Shown: piece after piece, positions 51,701-61,871 of the stretch
Position numbering within the stretch: position 1 is the first letter of the stretch
Layout of the letters: each line of letters opens with the position of its first letter
From: Macrostomum lignano
Lineage: Eukaryota
NCBI GenBank assembly: GCA_002269645.1
Contig: NIVC01001442.1
Coordinates: 62,043-126,042 of the forward strand
DNA: 64,000 nt
Direction: 5' to 3'
The notes under the pieces: model-generated
What the model was told of the DNA's origin: nothing
The model's input: only the letters and a program-made list of their open reading frames with translations
Database searches by the model: none
Position numbers and translations under genes: made by a program

Positions 51701-54700
51701 ACGAGCGTATGTGGTTCGGACAGCATCTATACGGGATTAAAAATTTCGAAAACGGATAATTTAGCAATTCTGAATTTAGAATCAAAAGCACTTTTGAAGT
51801 AATTTTAATGCGGAGTTTGCAATAAACACGCGTTGTTAGGCATTATACTTGTAGGATGTGTGGAAAAAAATATCCCCATAGATCATGATTAATCTTCTCC
51901 TAGCAATTTTTTCAGCCTCAACTCCGGAGGGAACTGAGCTGGAGCTGCGCAGTTGGGACTCGAGTTTGTCTCTGCGTGAGGAGCATCCCCGCAGGTGCGC
52001 AAAAGTTTGGCATGTCGCCTTTCATGCTGCACTTTTAAGCCGGGGGGGGTTGCTCAAGTACCTGGCCTTGTGCTGCTGATGCGCCCAGGCTATTAAACTG
52101 CAGAAAGAAGTTACCGAATTTCATTGCCTCGTTCTATTTTTGGGATTCAAATGCAGGAGAAATGGTCTGTTCTGCACATTTTTAAGGCTTAATGCCCTGT
52201 AAAAAGTGGCCTTCGTCAAACCTGTGGTTGACATTAGAAATAGCGAAACCTTGCATTTAAAAGGCTTTTCTTCGGCCTTCAGTCAGTTAGAGCGTATGAC
52301 CTTGAAGGAATTCCGTCGACCTTGAGACAGAAGTCGGTTGGCGCGTATGACCTTGCAGGAATTCCGTCGACCTTGAGACAGGAGTCAGTTGGCGTGTATG
52401 ACCTTGCAGGAATTTCGTCGACCTTGAGGCAGGAGTCAGTTGGCGTGTATGACCTTGCAGGAATTTCGTCGACCTTGAGGCAGGAGTCAGTTGGCGTGTA
52501 TGACCTTGCAGGAATTCCGTCGAACTTGAGACAGGAGACAGTTGAAGTATGTGTGACCTTGAAGGAAATCCGTTGACCTTGAGAGACAGTTTAGCTATGT
52601 GACCTTGAGGCAATCCGTTGACCTTAAGACAGCGTGTGACCTTAAAGCAAATCCTTCGACCTTGGAACGACAGTTGCAGTGTTGATATTAAAAAAAATTG
52701 CCCATAGAAATGTAAACGTTTGTACACAACAGAGCCTCACCGCCAATCAGCATGATGCAGATGCTAAAGATCTTCTCGTGATCCGTGTTGGCCGACACGT
52801 TTCCGAAGCCGATGCTGGTGAGGCTGCTGCAGGTGTAGTACAGGGCGGTGATGTAGCGCGAGGATTTTGTCGGACCGCCCTCTGAGCAGCCGCTGCTGGC
52901 GTTGCCGGATCGATCTTCGTCCACGGAGGAGCATTGGAAGTTAAAGGGCGCCTTCATGTCGTCGCTGAGCTTCGACATCCAGCCTGAGGAATCGGGCGGC
53001 AGGAGGGCACCGAAATCAATTGGTGTGAATGTTCCAAAAGGGCACTGGTGGCTTGAGAGAGACATTGATGGCTTAGCAGTGACAATGGAGGCTTGAGAGT
53101 GGCATCAATCGTTTAACAGTGACAATGGAGGCTTGAGAGTGACATAGAGTGGAAGTGGTGGCTCGAAGTGACATTTCAATCTCACTGATCTCCCTGGTCT
53201 GGTTCAGCTCCAGCTGTTTCCGCCCGATCACCAGCCAGATGCAGGCGAACCAATGGGCGCTCAGAGCGAACATCGAGATAAGCAGCAGGAGCACCAAGCT
53301 GGAGTACTGAGCGTAGCGGTCAATCTTCTGGTAGAGCTTTACCAGCCTCAGCATCCGGGCCAGCTTCATCAGATTAAATGCCTCCTGCACGGGTTGGGCA
53401 GAATTAGTTGCTATGGTTACACTGTGGCTTTTCCGGGTAAATTTTGTGAGAGACATTAGATCTCTGTGAGTGACATTAGATCTCTGTGAGTGACATTGCA
53501 TCTCTGAGTGACATTGGATCTTGTGAGCGACATTGGATCTCTGTGAGTGACATTAGATCTCTGTGAGTGACATTGCATCTCTGAGTGACATTGGATCTTG
53601 TGAGCGACATTGGATCTCTGTGAGTGACATTGGATCTCTGTGAGTGACATTGGATCTCTAAGAGTGACATTGCATCTCTGTGACATTGGATCGCTGTGAA
53701 TGACATTGGATCTCTGTGAGTGACATTGGATCTCTATGAGAGACATTGGATCTCTGTCAGAGACATTGCATCTCTGAGTGACATTGGATCTCTGTGAGTG
53801 ACATTGGATCTCTGTGAGTGACACTGGATCTCTGTGAGAGACATTAGATCCCTGTGAGTGAGTGACATTGGATCTCTGTGAGTGACATTGGATCTCTGTG
53901 AGTGACACTGGATCTCTGTGAGTGACATTGCATCTCTATGAGAGATATTAGATCTCTGTGAGTGACATTGGATCTCTATGAGAGACATTGGATCTCTGTC
54001 AGAGACATTGCATCTCTGAGTGACATTGGATCTCTGTGAGTGACATTGGATCTCTGTGAGTGACACTGGATCTCTGTGAGTGACATTTGATATCTGTGAG
54101 TGATATTGGATCTCTGTGAGTGACATTTGATTTCTGTGAGTGACATTGGATCTCTGTCAGAGACATTGCATCTTTGAGTGACATTGGATCTCTGTGAGTG
54201 ACATTGGATCTCTGTGAGTGACACTGGATCTCTGTGAGTGACATTTGATATCTGTGAGTGACATTTAATATCTGTGAGTGACATTTGATCTCTGTGAGTG
54301 ACATTGGATCTCTATGAGAGACATTGGATCTCTGCCAGAGACATTGCATCTCTGAGTGACATTGGATCTCTGTGAGTGACATTGGATCTCTGTGAGTGAC
54401 ATTGGATCTCTGTGACATTGGATCTCTGTGACATTGGATCTCTGTGACATTGGATCTCTGTGAGTGACATTAGATCTCTGTGAGAGACATTAGATCCCTG
54501 TGAGTGAGTGACGTTGCATCTCTATGAGAGATATTAGATCTCTGTGAGTGACATTGGATCTCTGTGAGTGACATTTGATATCTGTGAGTGACACTGGATC
54601 TCTGTGAGTGACATTTGATCTCTGTGAGTGACATTGCATCTCTATGAGAGATATTAGATCTCTGTGAGTGATTTTGGATCTCTGTGAGTGACACTGGATC

Positions 54701-57700
54701 TCTGTGAGTGACATTTGATCTCTGTGGGTGACATTGGGTCTCTGTGAGTGACATTGGATCTCTGTGAGTGACATTGGATCTCTGTGAGTGACATTTGATC
54801 TCTGTGAGTGACATTGCATCTCTATGAGAGATATTAGATCTCTGTGAGTGATTTTGGATCTCTGTGAGTGACACTGGATCTCTGTGAGTGACATTTGATC
54901 TCTGTGAGTGACATTGGGTCTCTGTGAGTGACATTGGATCTCTGTGAGTGACATTGGATCTCTGTGAGTGACATTGGATCTCTGTGAGTGACATTGGATC
55001 TCTGTGAGAGACACTCGATCTCTGTGAGTGACATTGGATCTCTGTGAGTGATATTGGATCTCTGTGAGTGATATTGGATCTCTGTGAGTGATATTGGATC
55101 TCTGTGAGTGACATTTGATATCTGTGAGTGATATTGGATCTCTGTGAGTGACATTTGATATCTGTGAGTGATATTGGATCTCTGTGAGTGACATTGGATC
55201 TCTGTGAGTGACATTGGATCTCTGTGAGTGACATTGGATCTCTGTGAGTGACATTGGATCTCTGTGAGTGACATTGGATCTCTGTGAGAGACACTCGATC
55301 TCTGTGAGTGACATTGGATCTCTGTGAGTGATATTGGATCTCTGTGAGTGATATTGGATCTCTGTGAGTGATATTGGATCTCTGTGAGTGACATTTGATA
55401 TCTGTGAGTGATATTGGATCTCTGTGAGTGACATTTGATATCTGTGAGTGATATTGGATCTCTGTGAGTGACATTGGATCTCTATGAGAGATATTAGATC
55501 TCTGTGAGTGACATTTGATCTCTGTGAGTGACATTGGGTCTCTGTGAGTGACATTGGATCTCTGTGAGTGACATTGGATCTCTGTGAGGGACATTGGATC
55601 TCTGTGAGTGACATTTGATCTCTGTGAGTGACATTGGGTCTCTGTGAGTGACATTGGATCTCTGTGAGTGACATTGGATCTCTGTGAGTGACATTGGATC
55701 TCTGTGAGTGACATTGGATCTCTGTGAGTGACATTGGATCTCTGTGAGAGACACTCGATCTCTGTGAGTGACATTGGATCTCTGTGAGTAACACTAAATC
55801 TCTGTGAGTGACATTGGATCTCTGTGAGTAGCACTAAATCTCTGTGAGTAACACTAAATCTCTGTGAGTAACACTAAATCTCTGTGAGTGACATTGGATC
55901 TCTGTGAGTAACACTAAATCTCTGTGAGTAACACTAAATCTCTGTGAGTAACACTAAATCTCTGTGAGTGACATTGGATCTCTGTGAGTAACACTAAATC
56001 TCTGTGAGTAACACTAAATCTCTGTGAGTAACACTAAATCTCTGTGAGTAACACTAAATCTCTGTGAGTAACACTAAATCTCTGTGAGTGACATTGGATC
56101 TCTATTAGTGACAATGGATCTCTGTGAGTGACATTTAACTACGAGCTACATTAATAGCAGCAAAAAACTTAATGCTACCAAAATTTTGCTCTGCTTATTT
56201 TATCAAATGATGGGTATTCAACTGACGCCTTGGATTTGACTAAAGTGACCAATAGTTCCCAGGATCTGGACTCACAGGACAAGAAACTGTTCATTGAGGG
56301 CGAGAGACCAGTAAAGGCTGGTTGAAAGATCGGTCTCAATTGAGAGGCCTCAGCCCGACAAAAAGAGAAGAGTTTGAGTTGCTTTCAGCCTCAATCCAAG
56401 GATGAGCAACAAATAAGCGATTCAGTTGATGGATCACTTTATTTTTTCGTCAAGGCCCGCTTTTAAACAGAGAAAGTGCGTGCAAATTAAAGCAGCGCAA
56501 TGTTTTTTGGTCTTAACTACGAACTTAAAGGGCGAATTTGGATTAGATGAAGCTAGGATAGAGCTAGGATGGAGCTAGGATGGAGCTAGGATGGAGCTAG
56601 GATGGAGCTAGGATGGAGCTAGGATGGAGCTAGGATGGAGCTAGAATGGAGCTAGGATGGAGCTAGGATGGAGCTAGGATGGAGCTAGGATGGAGCTAGG
56701 ATGGAGCTAGGATGGAGCTAGGATGGGCTAGAATGGAGCTAGGATGGAGCTAGGATGGAGCTAGGATGGGCTAGGATGGAGCTAGGATGGAGCTAGGACG
56801 GAGCTAGGATGGAGCTAGGATGGATCTAGGATGGAGCTAGAATGGAGCTAGGATGGAGCTAGGATGGAGCTAGGATGGAGCTAGGATGGAGCTAGGATGG
56901 AGCTAGGATGGAGCTAGGATGGGCTAGGATGGAGCTAGGATGGAGCTAGGATGGAGCTAGGATGGGCTAGGATGGAGCTAGGATGGAGCTAGGACGGAGC
57001 TAGGATGGAGCTAGGATGGATCTAGGATGGATCCAGGATGGATCTAGGATGGAGCTAGGATGGAGCTAGGATGGGCTAGGATGGAGCTAGGATGGAGCTA
57101 GGATGGGCTAGGATGGAGCTAGGATGGAGCTAGAATGGAGCTAGGATGGAGCTAGGATGAAGCTAGGATGGAGCTAGGATGAAGCTAGGATGGAGCTAGG
57201 ATGGAGCTAGAATGGAGCTAGGATGGGGCTAGAATGGAGCTAGGATGGGGCTAGAATGGAGCTAGGATGGAGCTAGGATGGAGCTAGGATGGAGCTAGGA
57301 TGGAGCTAGAATGGAGCTAGGATGGAGCTAGGATGGAGCTAGGATGGAGCTAGGATGGAGCTAGGATGGAGCTAGGATGGAGCTAGGATGGAGCTAGGAT
57401 GGAGCTAGGATGGAGCTAGGATGGGGCTAGAATGGAGCTAGGATGGAGTTTAGGTATTGATGAGTAGAATGAAGCGCTCACCATTTCCGTGGCCAGGTTG
57501 GAGCTGACCGCTTTGCTAATTATGATAATCATGTCGAAGGGCACGGCGGCCAACAGGTCGAGGAAGAACCAAGTTTTTGTGTAGTTGATGGCGATGAGCC
57601 GCTGGCAGTAGACCACTTGTCCGCCTTTGCTCACAAATGTAGTTCGGAAGTTGATGCAGATGTCTGTTTACCGAGTTGGTTAGCAAAATTTTATTAATTA

Positions 57701-60700
57701 TTTCAAAAAAAATTAAAATAAATTCGGCTGAACTACTTATGACATCATATGAGTAGAGTAGTTTGCGCATAATTCTACCAGTGAAAACTGAGCGAAAGGC
57801 TCTCACGGCAAGGGCTACAAGCGATCTGTCCTGTTCTTTCCCGATTCGGTGGAGAAAGAAGCGAGATTATCCCCTTAGAATCCACAAGCTTTGCCGGATT
57901 TTCCCACCCCATGTCGCGGGTGATTAAGCGAAAGTGGATTAGCTAACAAGACAGCTGCCGATTGCAGTTTTGCCTGCTCCCGCGCATTTGGGGTCCCGTC
58001 GCAATATGATTTTTTGTTAGTCTGTGAGTAGCTGCTAATTGAAGACTGAGCTGGGCTGAGCGGCTATGGAAAGCTTGGCTGCAAATTCACTCTAATAATA
58101 TTATATACTTGCCGATCCTATAACTTGCTATGTATTTAACCTGCTAATTTGCATGTAGTATATTTTAATAGACTAACCGATGTACTTTCAGTCTACGCTT
58201 ATTTAATTGTAAAGCAAATGTACTTTACTTTACTATAATTTACACACCGGGGAATGCACACACTGTATGTACATGTACACTCGGGTGTAAATTGAATGTA
58301 CACACCAGGGAATGCACACACCGAACGTACACTCGGGGTGTAAATTGAATGTACAAGCGCACACCGCATGTACACTCGGGGGTGTAAACTGAATGTACAC
58401 ATCGGGGAATGCGCACACCGCATGTACACTCGGGGGTGTAAACTGAATGTACACATCGGGGAATGCGCACACCGCATGTACACTCGGGGTGTAAACTGAA
58501 TGTACACATCGGGGAATGCGCACACCGCATGTACACTCGGGGGTGTAAACTGAATGTACACATCGGGGAATGCGCACACCGCATGTACACTCGGGGGTGT
58601 AAACTGAATGTACACATCGGGGAATGCGCACACCGCATGTACACTCGGGGTGTAAACTGAATGTACACATCGGGGAATGCGCACACCGCATGTACACTCG
58701 GGGGTGTAAACTGAATGTACACATCGGAGAATGCGCACACCGCATGTACACTCGGCCTGTTTGCACACAACTTCAACTTGCCGGCAATGAAGACGACCTC
58801 GACCAGCAGGTCGATGACCACCCCGGCGTCCTCAATGGCGGCTGTGCCGGCCTTCCTGGCGCGGCCGTTGCTGTTGGCCGCATTGTACGGCACCATGATG
58901 GCGATGTAGAAGGTGAACAGCAGGATCAGCCAGTCCCAGCTGATCTTCAGCAGCCCGTAGTGCAGCAGGATGCAGCGCGACTTCTTAACCTCCTGCACCT
59001 TGTACTCGGGCATGGCGCTGCCGCCACCCAGGCTGTGAATCTGGGGCAGTGGGATTTTTTTGCAACATTGGGGATTTTGCCCCGTATTTCTTCCAACGCT
59101 TCGACTACATCTTTAGAGGCTGCATGAGTAAAGTGAACAGCGAGTTTGAGTTCAGGCTCTGAGTGCTAGCAACTGCTCGAAGTCAAGTAAGTGGACATAG
59201 TTTGAGCATGAGTTCAATATTAGCATGGATAAGGATGGCAGCTATGGTACAGGATGGCAGCTATGGTACAGGATGGCAGCTGTAGTACAGGATGGCGGTT
59301 GTGGTACAGGATGGCAGCTGTGGTACAGGATGGCAGCTGTGGTACAGGATGGCAGCTGTGGTACAGGATGGCAGCTGTGGTACAGGATGGCAGCTGTGGT
59401 ACAGGATGGCAGCTGTGGTACAGGATGGCAGCTATGGTACAGGATGGCAGCTATGGTACAGGATGGCAGCTATGGTACAGGATGGCAGCTGTGGTTGCCC
59501 CAGTCAAAAGTCCCAGCCTTGGCCATCACCTTGTTGAGCTGGCTAAACGGCTTGCTCTTGTTCCTGGAGTCGAACTGGCCGCTCAGATGGTACAGCACCG
59601 CCCTGGACCGTCGGCGCTGGTACTTGAAGGTCGAACTGCACTCCTCGCCGCCGCTGTCGCTGCCGCCTGCGCAGTCCTCGCCGCTGGAGGAGTCCGAGCC
59701 GGATGCCGATTCCGAGCCGGCTGGGTTTTTGTCCTTGCAGTTGACGCCGCCGCCGCCGCCGCCGCTGCTGCTACCGTTGCTGCCGCTGCTGCTGCTGTCC
59801 AGGTCAGCCTGCTTGGCGTCCTCAGCAACTGCAAGCGGCGCGGTCGGCTGCTGCTGCTGCCCTGCCGTCTGAGCTGCTTCGTTGCCGAGGTCCGGCCGAG
59901 TTGGCGCTAAATGTTTAAAGAGTACATGCATAGTGCACATGCAATGCCCTGATTGTATCCGCTCTGCCGCATATCCACTGCTGTTGGCAACTCAGCGTTT
60001 AATGAGCGACTGCATATCAACAAATAATTTTGCTTAACAAATAAGATAAGATTTTTAAGTGGAGCAGGAAACTCCGCTTGATGGAGCTGGGGCCGGAGGG
60101 GGGAACCCCGGAGGCGAAGTCTTTACAGGCTGGTGTGAAGGAATGATTTGTGTGACGGCAATTATAGAGCTATACGGTACTTGCTCCTGATTGCTATAAT
60201 TAATATAAATTTAGCACCTGCTGATTGATGGAACAGCTTGTTACTTGCTCACTGGGTCACACAGTCACAGCCTGAGTTCACTGTGTCACACAGTCACAGC
60301 CTGAGTTCACTGTGTCACACTGTCACAGCCTGAGTTCACTGTGTCACAGCCTTAGTCACAGAGTGAAGTGCATGGCAAATGCACTTAATAATTGTAGCCC
60401 ATACTCGTACTTTGCAAGTTTCGTCCCCTTTTTACTACGTGCTAACTGTAGTAGTCCCCATTCACTTATGTCTATGACCACGACCTTAAAACCCTCGTAT
60501 TGCCTCCCCCCGAGCGCGTCTTCTCTCTAAGTTTTTCTTCGGCCCAAAGCTTTCGTAATCGCATGACAAATAAAAAGCAATATCAGCCATAAGAGATAAT
60601 CTGCAACGAGACAAATACATCAGTTACCAGACACAACACAGAGTTCAATCACTCTTATCACAGCCTTAGTCACAGAGTTCAGTCACTGTCACAGCCTTAG

Positions 60701-61832
60701 TCACAGAGTTCTGTCACTATGTCACAGCCTTAGTCACAGAGTTCTGTCACTGTGTCACAGCCTTAGTCACAGAGTTCTGTCACTATGTCACAGCCTTAGT
60801 CACAGAGTTCTGTCACTATGTCACAGCCTTAATCACAGAGTTCAGTCACTATGTCACAGCCTTAGTCACAGAGTTCTGTCACTATGTCACAGCCTTAGTC
60901 ACAGAGTTCTGTCACTGTGTCACAGCCTTAGTCACAGAGTTCTGTCACTATGTCACAGCCTTAGTCACAGAGTTCTGTCACTATGTCACAGCCTTAATCA
61001 CAGAGTTCAGTCACTATGTCACAGCCTTAGTCACAGAGTTCTGTCACTATGTCACAGCCTTAGTCACAGAGTTCTGTCACTGTGTCACAGCCTTAGTCAC
61101 AGAGTTCTGTCACTATGTCACAGCCTTAGTCACAGATTTCAGTCACTATGTCACAGCCTTAGTCACAGAGTTCAGTCACTATGTCACAGTCTTAGTCACA
61201 GAGTTCAGTCACTATGTCACAGCCTTAGTCACAGAGTTCAGTCACTATGTCACAGCCTTAGTCACAGATTTCAGTCACTATGTCACAGCCTTAGTCACAG
61301 AGTTCAGTCACTATGTCACAGCCTTAGTCACAGAGTTCAGTCACGGCTAATTAATGGAAAATCGTCATAGAGCGGTCAGAATCCTTTGCCCACAAGAGGG
61401 GATGGATTTCCCCCAAAAAAACGGTCTTTCCTCTGATCCCCTCTGACAAATCGTGTCTGCAGCGCAGACCAAATGTAAATAAACAGCCCATCAGCAGTTT
61501 GAAGGCAGCGTCACCGGGAAATCTGCTTATTCAAGCTTTGAAGGTAGGTAAGGGAGTGGAGACTTGGCCTTTTGTCCTTCGGTCTGCCCTATAGCTCGTA
61601 GTATGATAGAAAGTAATGTACTTTTTTATACATCGTTAATTAATCCGGTCACGAATACATCTAGTCACAATCACAGGTCACAAGTGCTCGCTGCCGTTTT
61701 CATGATCACGGTCAATTTAACACTCACCTTTTTTCTGCTTAGTGATGTCTTTGTGTGAGGCCAGGAACAAGACCACGTCGCCCTTCTCATTCTTTATCGG
61801 TACAATGTCGAGCAGGCAAACGAACTGGGATC
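45340..61832 (-). CDS. KCNH8: Elk/Kv12 (KCNH8/3/4-like) voltage-gated K+ channel, 5' partial; exons 61728-61832, 59530-59906, 58782-59040, 57482-57663, 53186-53384, 52741-52983, 51412-51611, 50270-50519, 49782-49996, 49222-49427, [47086-47160?], 46183-46439, 45340-45746
   Basis: PAC motif [26 protein letters not shown]; Elk-diagnostic [13 protein letters not shown]; S1 WDWLILL.TFY; pore [23 protein letters not shown]; C-linker/CNBHD with the YNM intrinsic ligand; C-terminal coiled coil. All junctions are phase-consistent. Confidence 0.95.
45917..46055. repeat. Degenerate 19-bp intronic array
   Basis: CCTAATCCTAATAGTGTTT. Confidence 0.8.
46183..46439 (-). CDS. KCNH8: Elk exon (C-terminal)
   Basis: tgcag|A AAT TTT ... 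ACA G|gtccgg. Confidence 0.75.
46545..47061. repeat. 29-bp intronic array
   Basis: GTAGCGGGAGCCTTATCTAATGACAAGGG, about 18 copies. Confidence 0.97.
47086..47160 (-). CDS. KCNH8: Candidate symmetric (phase 2-2) Elk cassette exon
   Basis: GC-rich island between two arrays; tccag|C CTC ATC ATC ...; donor GG|gtccgg (75 nt) or AG|gcgcgt (90 nt, ending at 47071). Confidence 0.45.
47765..49172. repeat. ~27-29-bp C-rich array interrupted by a unique island (~48035-48200)
   Basis: CACACACCCCACTCCCTATCGCCCCAG variants. Confidence 0.96.
49222..49427 (-). CDS. KCNH8: Elk exon (acidic C-terminal region)
   Basis: ctcag|GAG GAG ... TTG AA|gtgag. Confidence 0.8.
49464..49692. repeat. 19-bp intronic array
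   Basis: CAGCTGTAGATGTGTCAGA. Confidence 0.96.
49782..49996 (-). CDS. KCNH8: Elk exon (CNBHD end)
   Basis: cgtag|GC AAG GGC GAC CTG ... ATT GAG|gtgaa. Confidence 0.92.
50020..50245. repeat. 22-bp intronic array
   Basis: GGAGAGTGACTAGACTGATTCT. Confidence 0.93.
50270..50519 (-). CDS. KCNH8: Elk exon (CNBHD)
   Basis: accag|ATC ATG AAG GAT TTC ... CTC G|gtgag. Confidence 0.93.
50590..51335. repeat. 28-bp intronic array
   Basis: CACCCACCTCACTCCCTGTCCCTCTCTG. Confidence 0.96.
51412..51611 (-). CDS. KCNH8: Elk exon (S6, C-linker)
   Basis: tgcag|CC CTG ATG CAC ... AAC GAG|gtgag. Confidence 0.93.
52290..52665. repeat. 51-bp intronic array
   Basis: GACCTTGAGACAGGAGTCAGTTGGCGTGTATGACCTTGCAGGAATTCCGTC. 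Confidence 0.93.
52741..52983 (-). CDS. KCNH8: Elk exon (turret, pore helix, GFG filter, S6)
   Basis: ctcag|GC TGG ATG ... GGC G|gtgag. Confidence 0.93.
53060..53170. repeat. Short degenerate intronic repeat
   Basis: CAGTGACAATGGAGGCTTGAGAGTG occurs twice, with related GAGAGTGAC segments. Confidence 0.65.
53186..53384 (-). CDS. KCNH8: Elk exon (S4-S5)
   Basis: tgcag|GAG GCA TTT ... ATC A|gtgag. Confidence 0.92.
53445..56135. repeat. 20-bp intronic minisatellite, about 2.7 kb
   Basis: GTGAGTGACATTGGATCTCT, about 130 copies, with recurring variant blocks. Confidence 0.99.
56550..57448. repeat. 11-bp intronic array
   Basis: GGATGGAGCTA, about 80 copies. Confidence 0.99.
57482..57663 (-). CDS. 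KCNH8: Elk exon (S2-S3)
   Basis: aacag|AC ATC TGC ATC AAC TTC CGA ... GAA ATG|gtgag. Confidence 0.92.
58250..58754. repeat. ~54-bp intronic array
   Basis: GCGCACACCGCATGTACACTCGGGGGTGTAAACTGAATGTACACATCGGGGAAT, about 9 copies. Confidence 0.97.
58782..59040 (-). CDS. KCNH8: Elk exon (S1-S2)
   Basis: cccag|ATT CAC ... ATT GCC G|gcaagt (GC donor). Confidence 0.9.
59228..59492. repeat. 19-bp intronic array
   Basis: GGATGGCAGCTGTGGTACA, about 14 copies. Confidence 0.97.
59530..59906 (-). CDS. KCNH8: Elk exon (N-linker)
   Basis: tttag|CG CCA ... [15 protein letters not shown] ... AAC AAG|gtgat. Confidence 0.85.
60255..61345. repeat. 33-bp intronic array (60650-61345) with a related degenerate block at 60255-60362
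   Basis: GTCACAGCCTTAGTCACAGAGTTCAGTCACTAT. Confidence 0.95.
61728..61832 (-). CDS. KCNH8: Elk exon (PAS/PAC)
   Basis: tttag|GA TCC CAG TTC ... AAA G|gtgag. Confidence 0.9.
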
Positions 61833-61871
61833 CTAAATGGCAAGCGGAAATCAAATGTCAAAAAATCTGCT

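Noticed and set aside
53456-55834. Many minus-strand ORFs up to 454 aa ([20 protein letters not shown])
   Set aside because: They are translations of the 20-bp intronic array.
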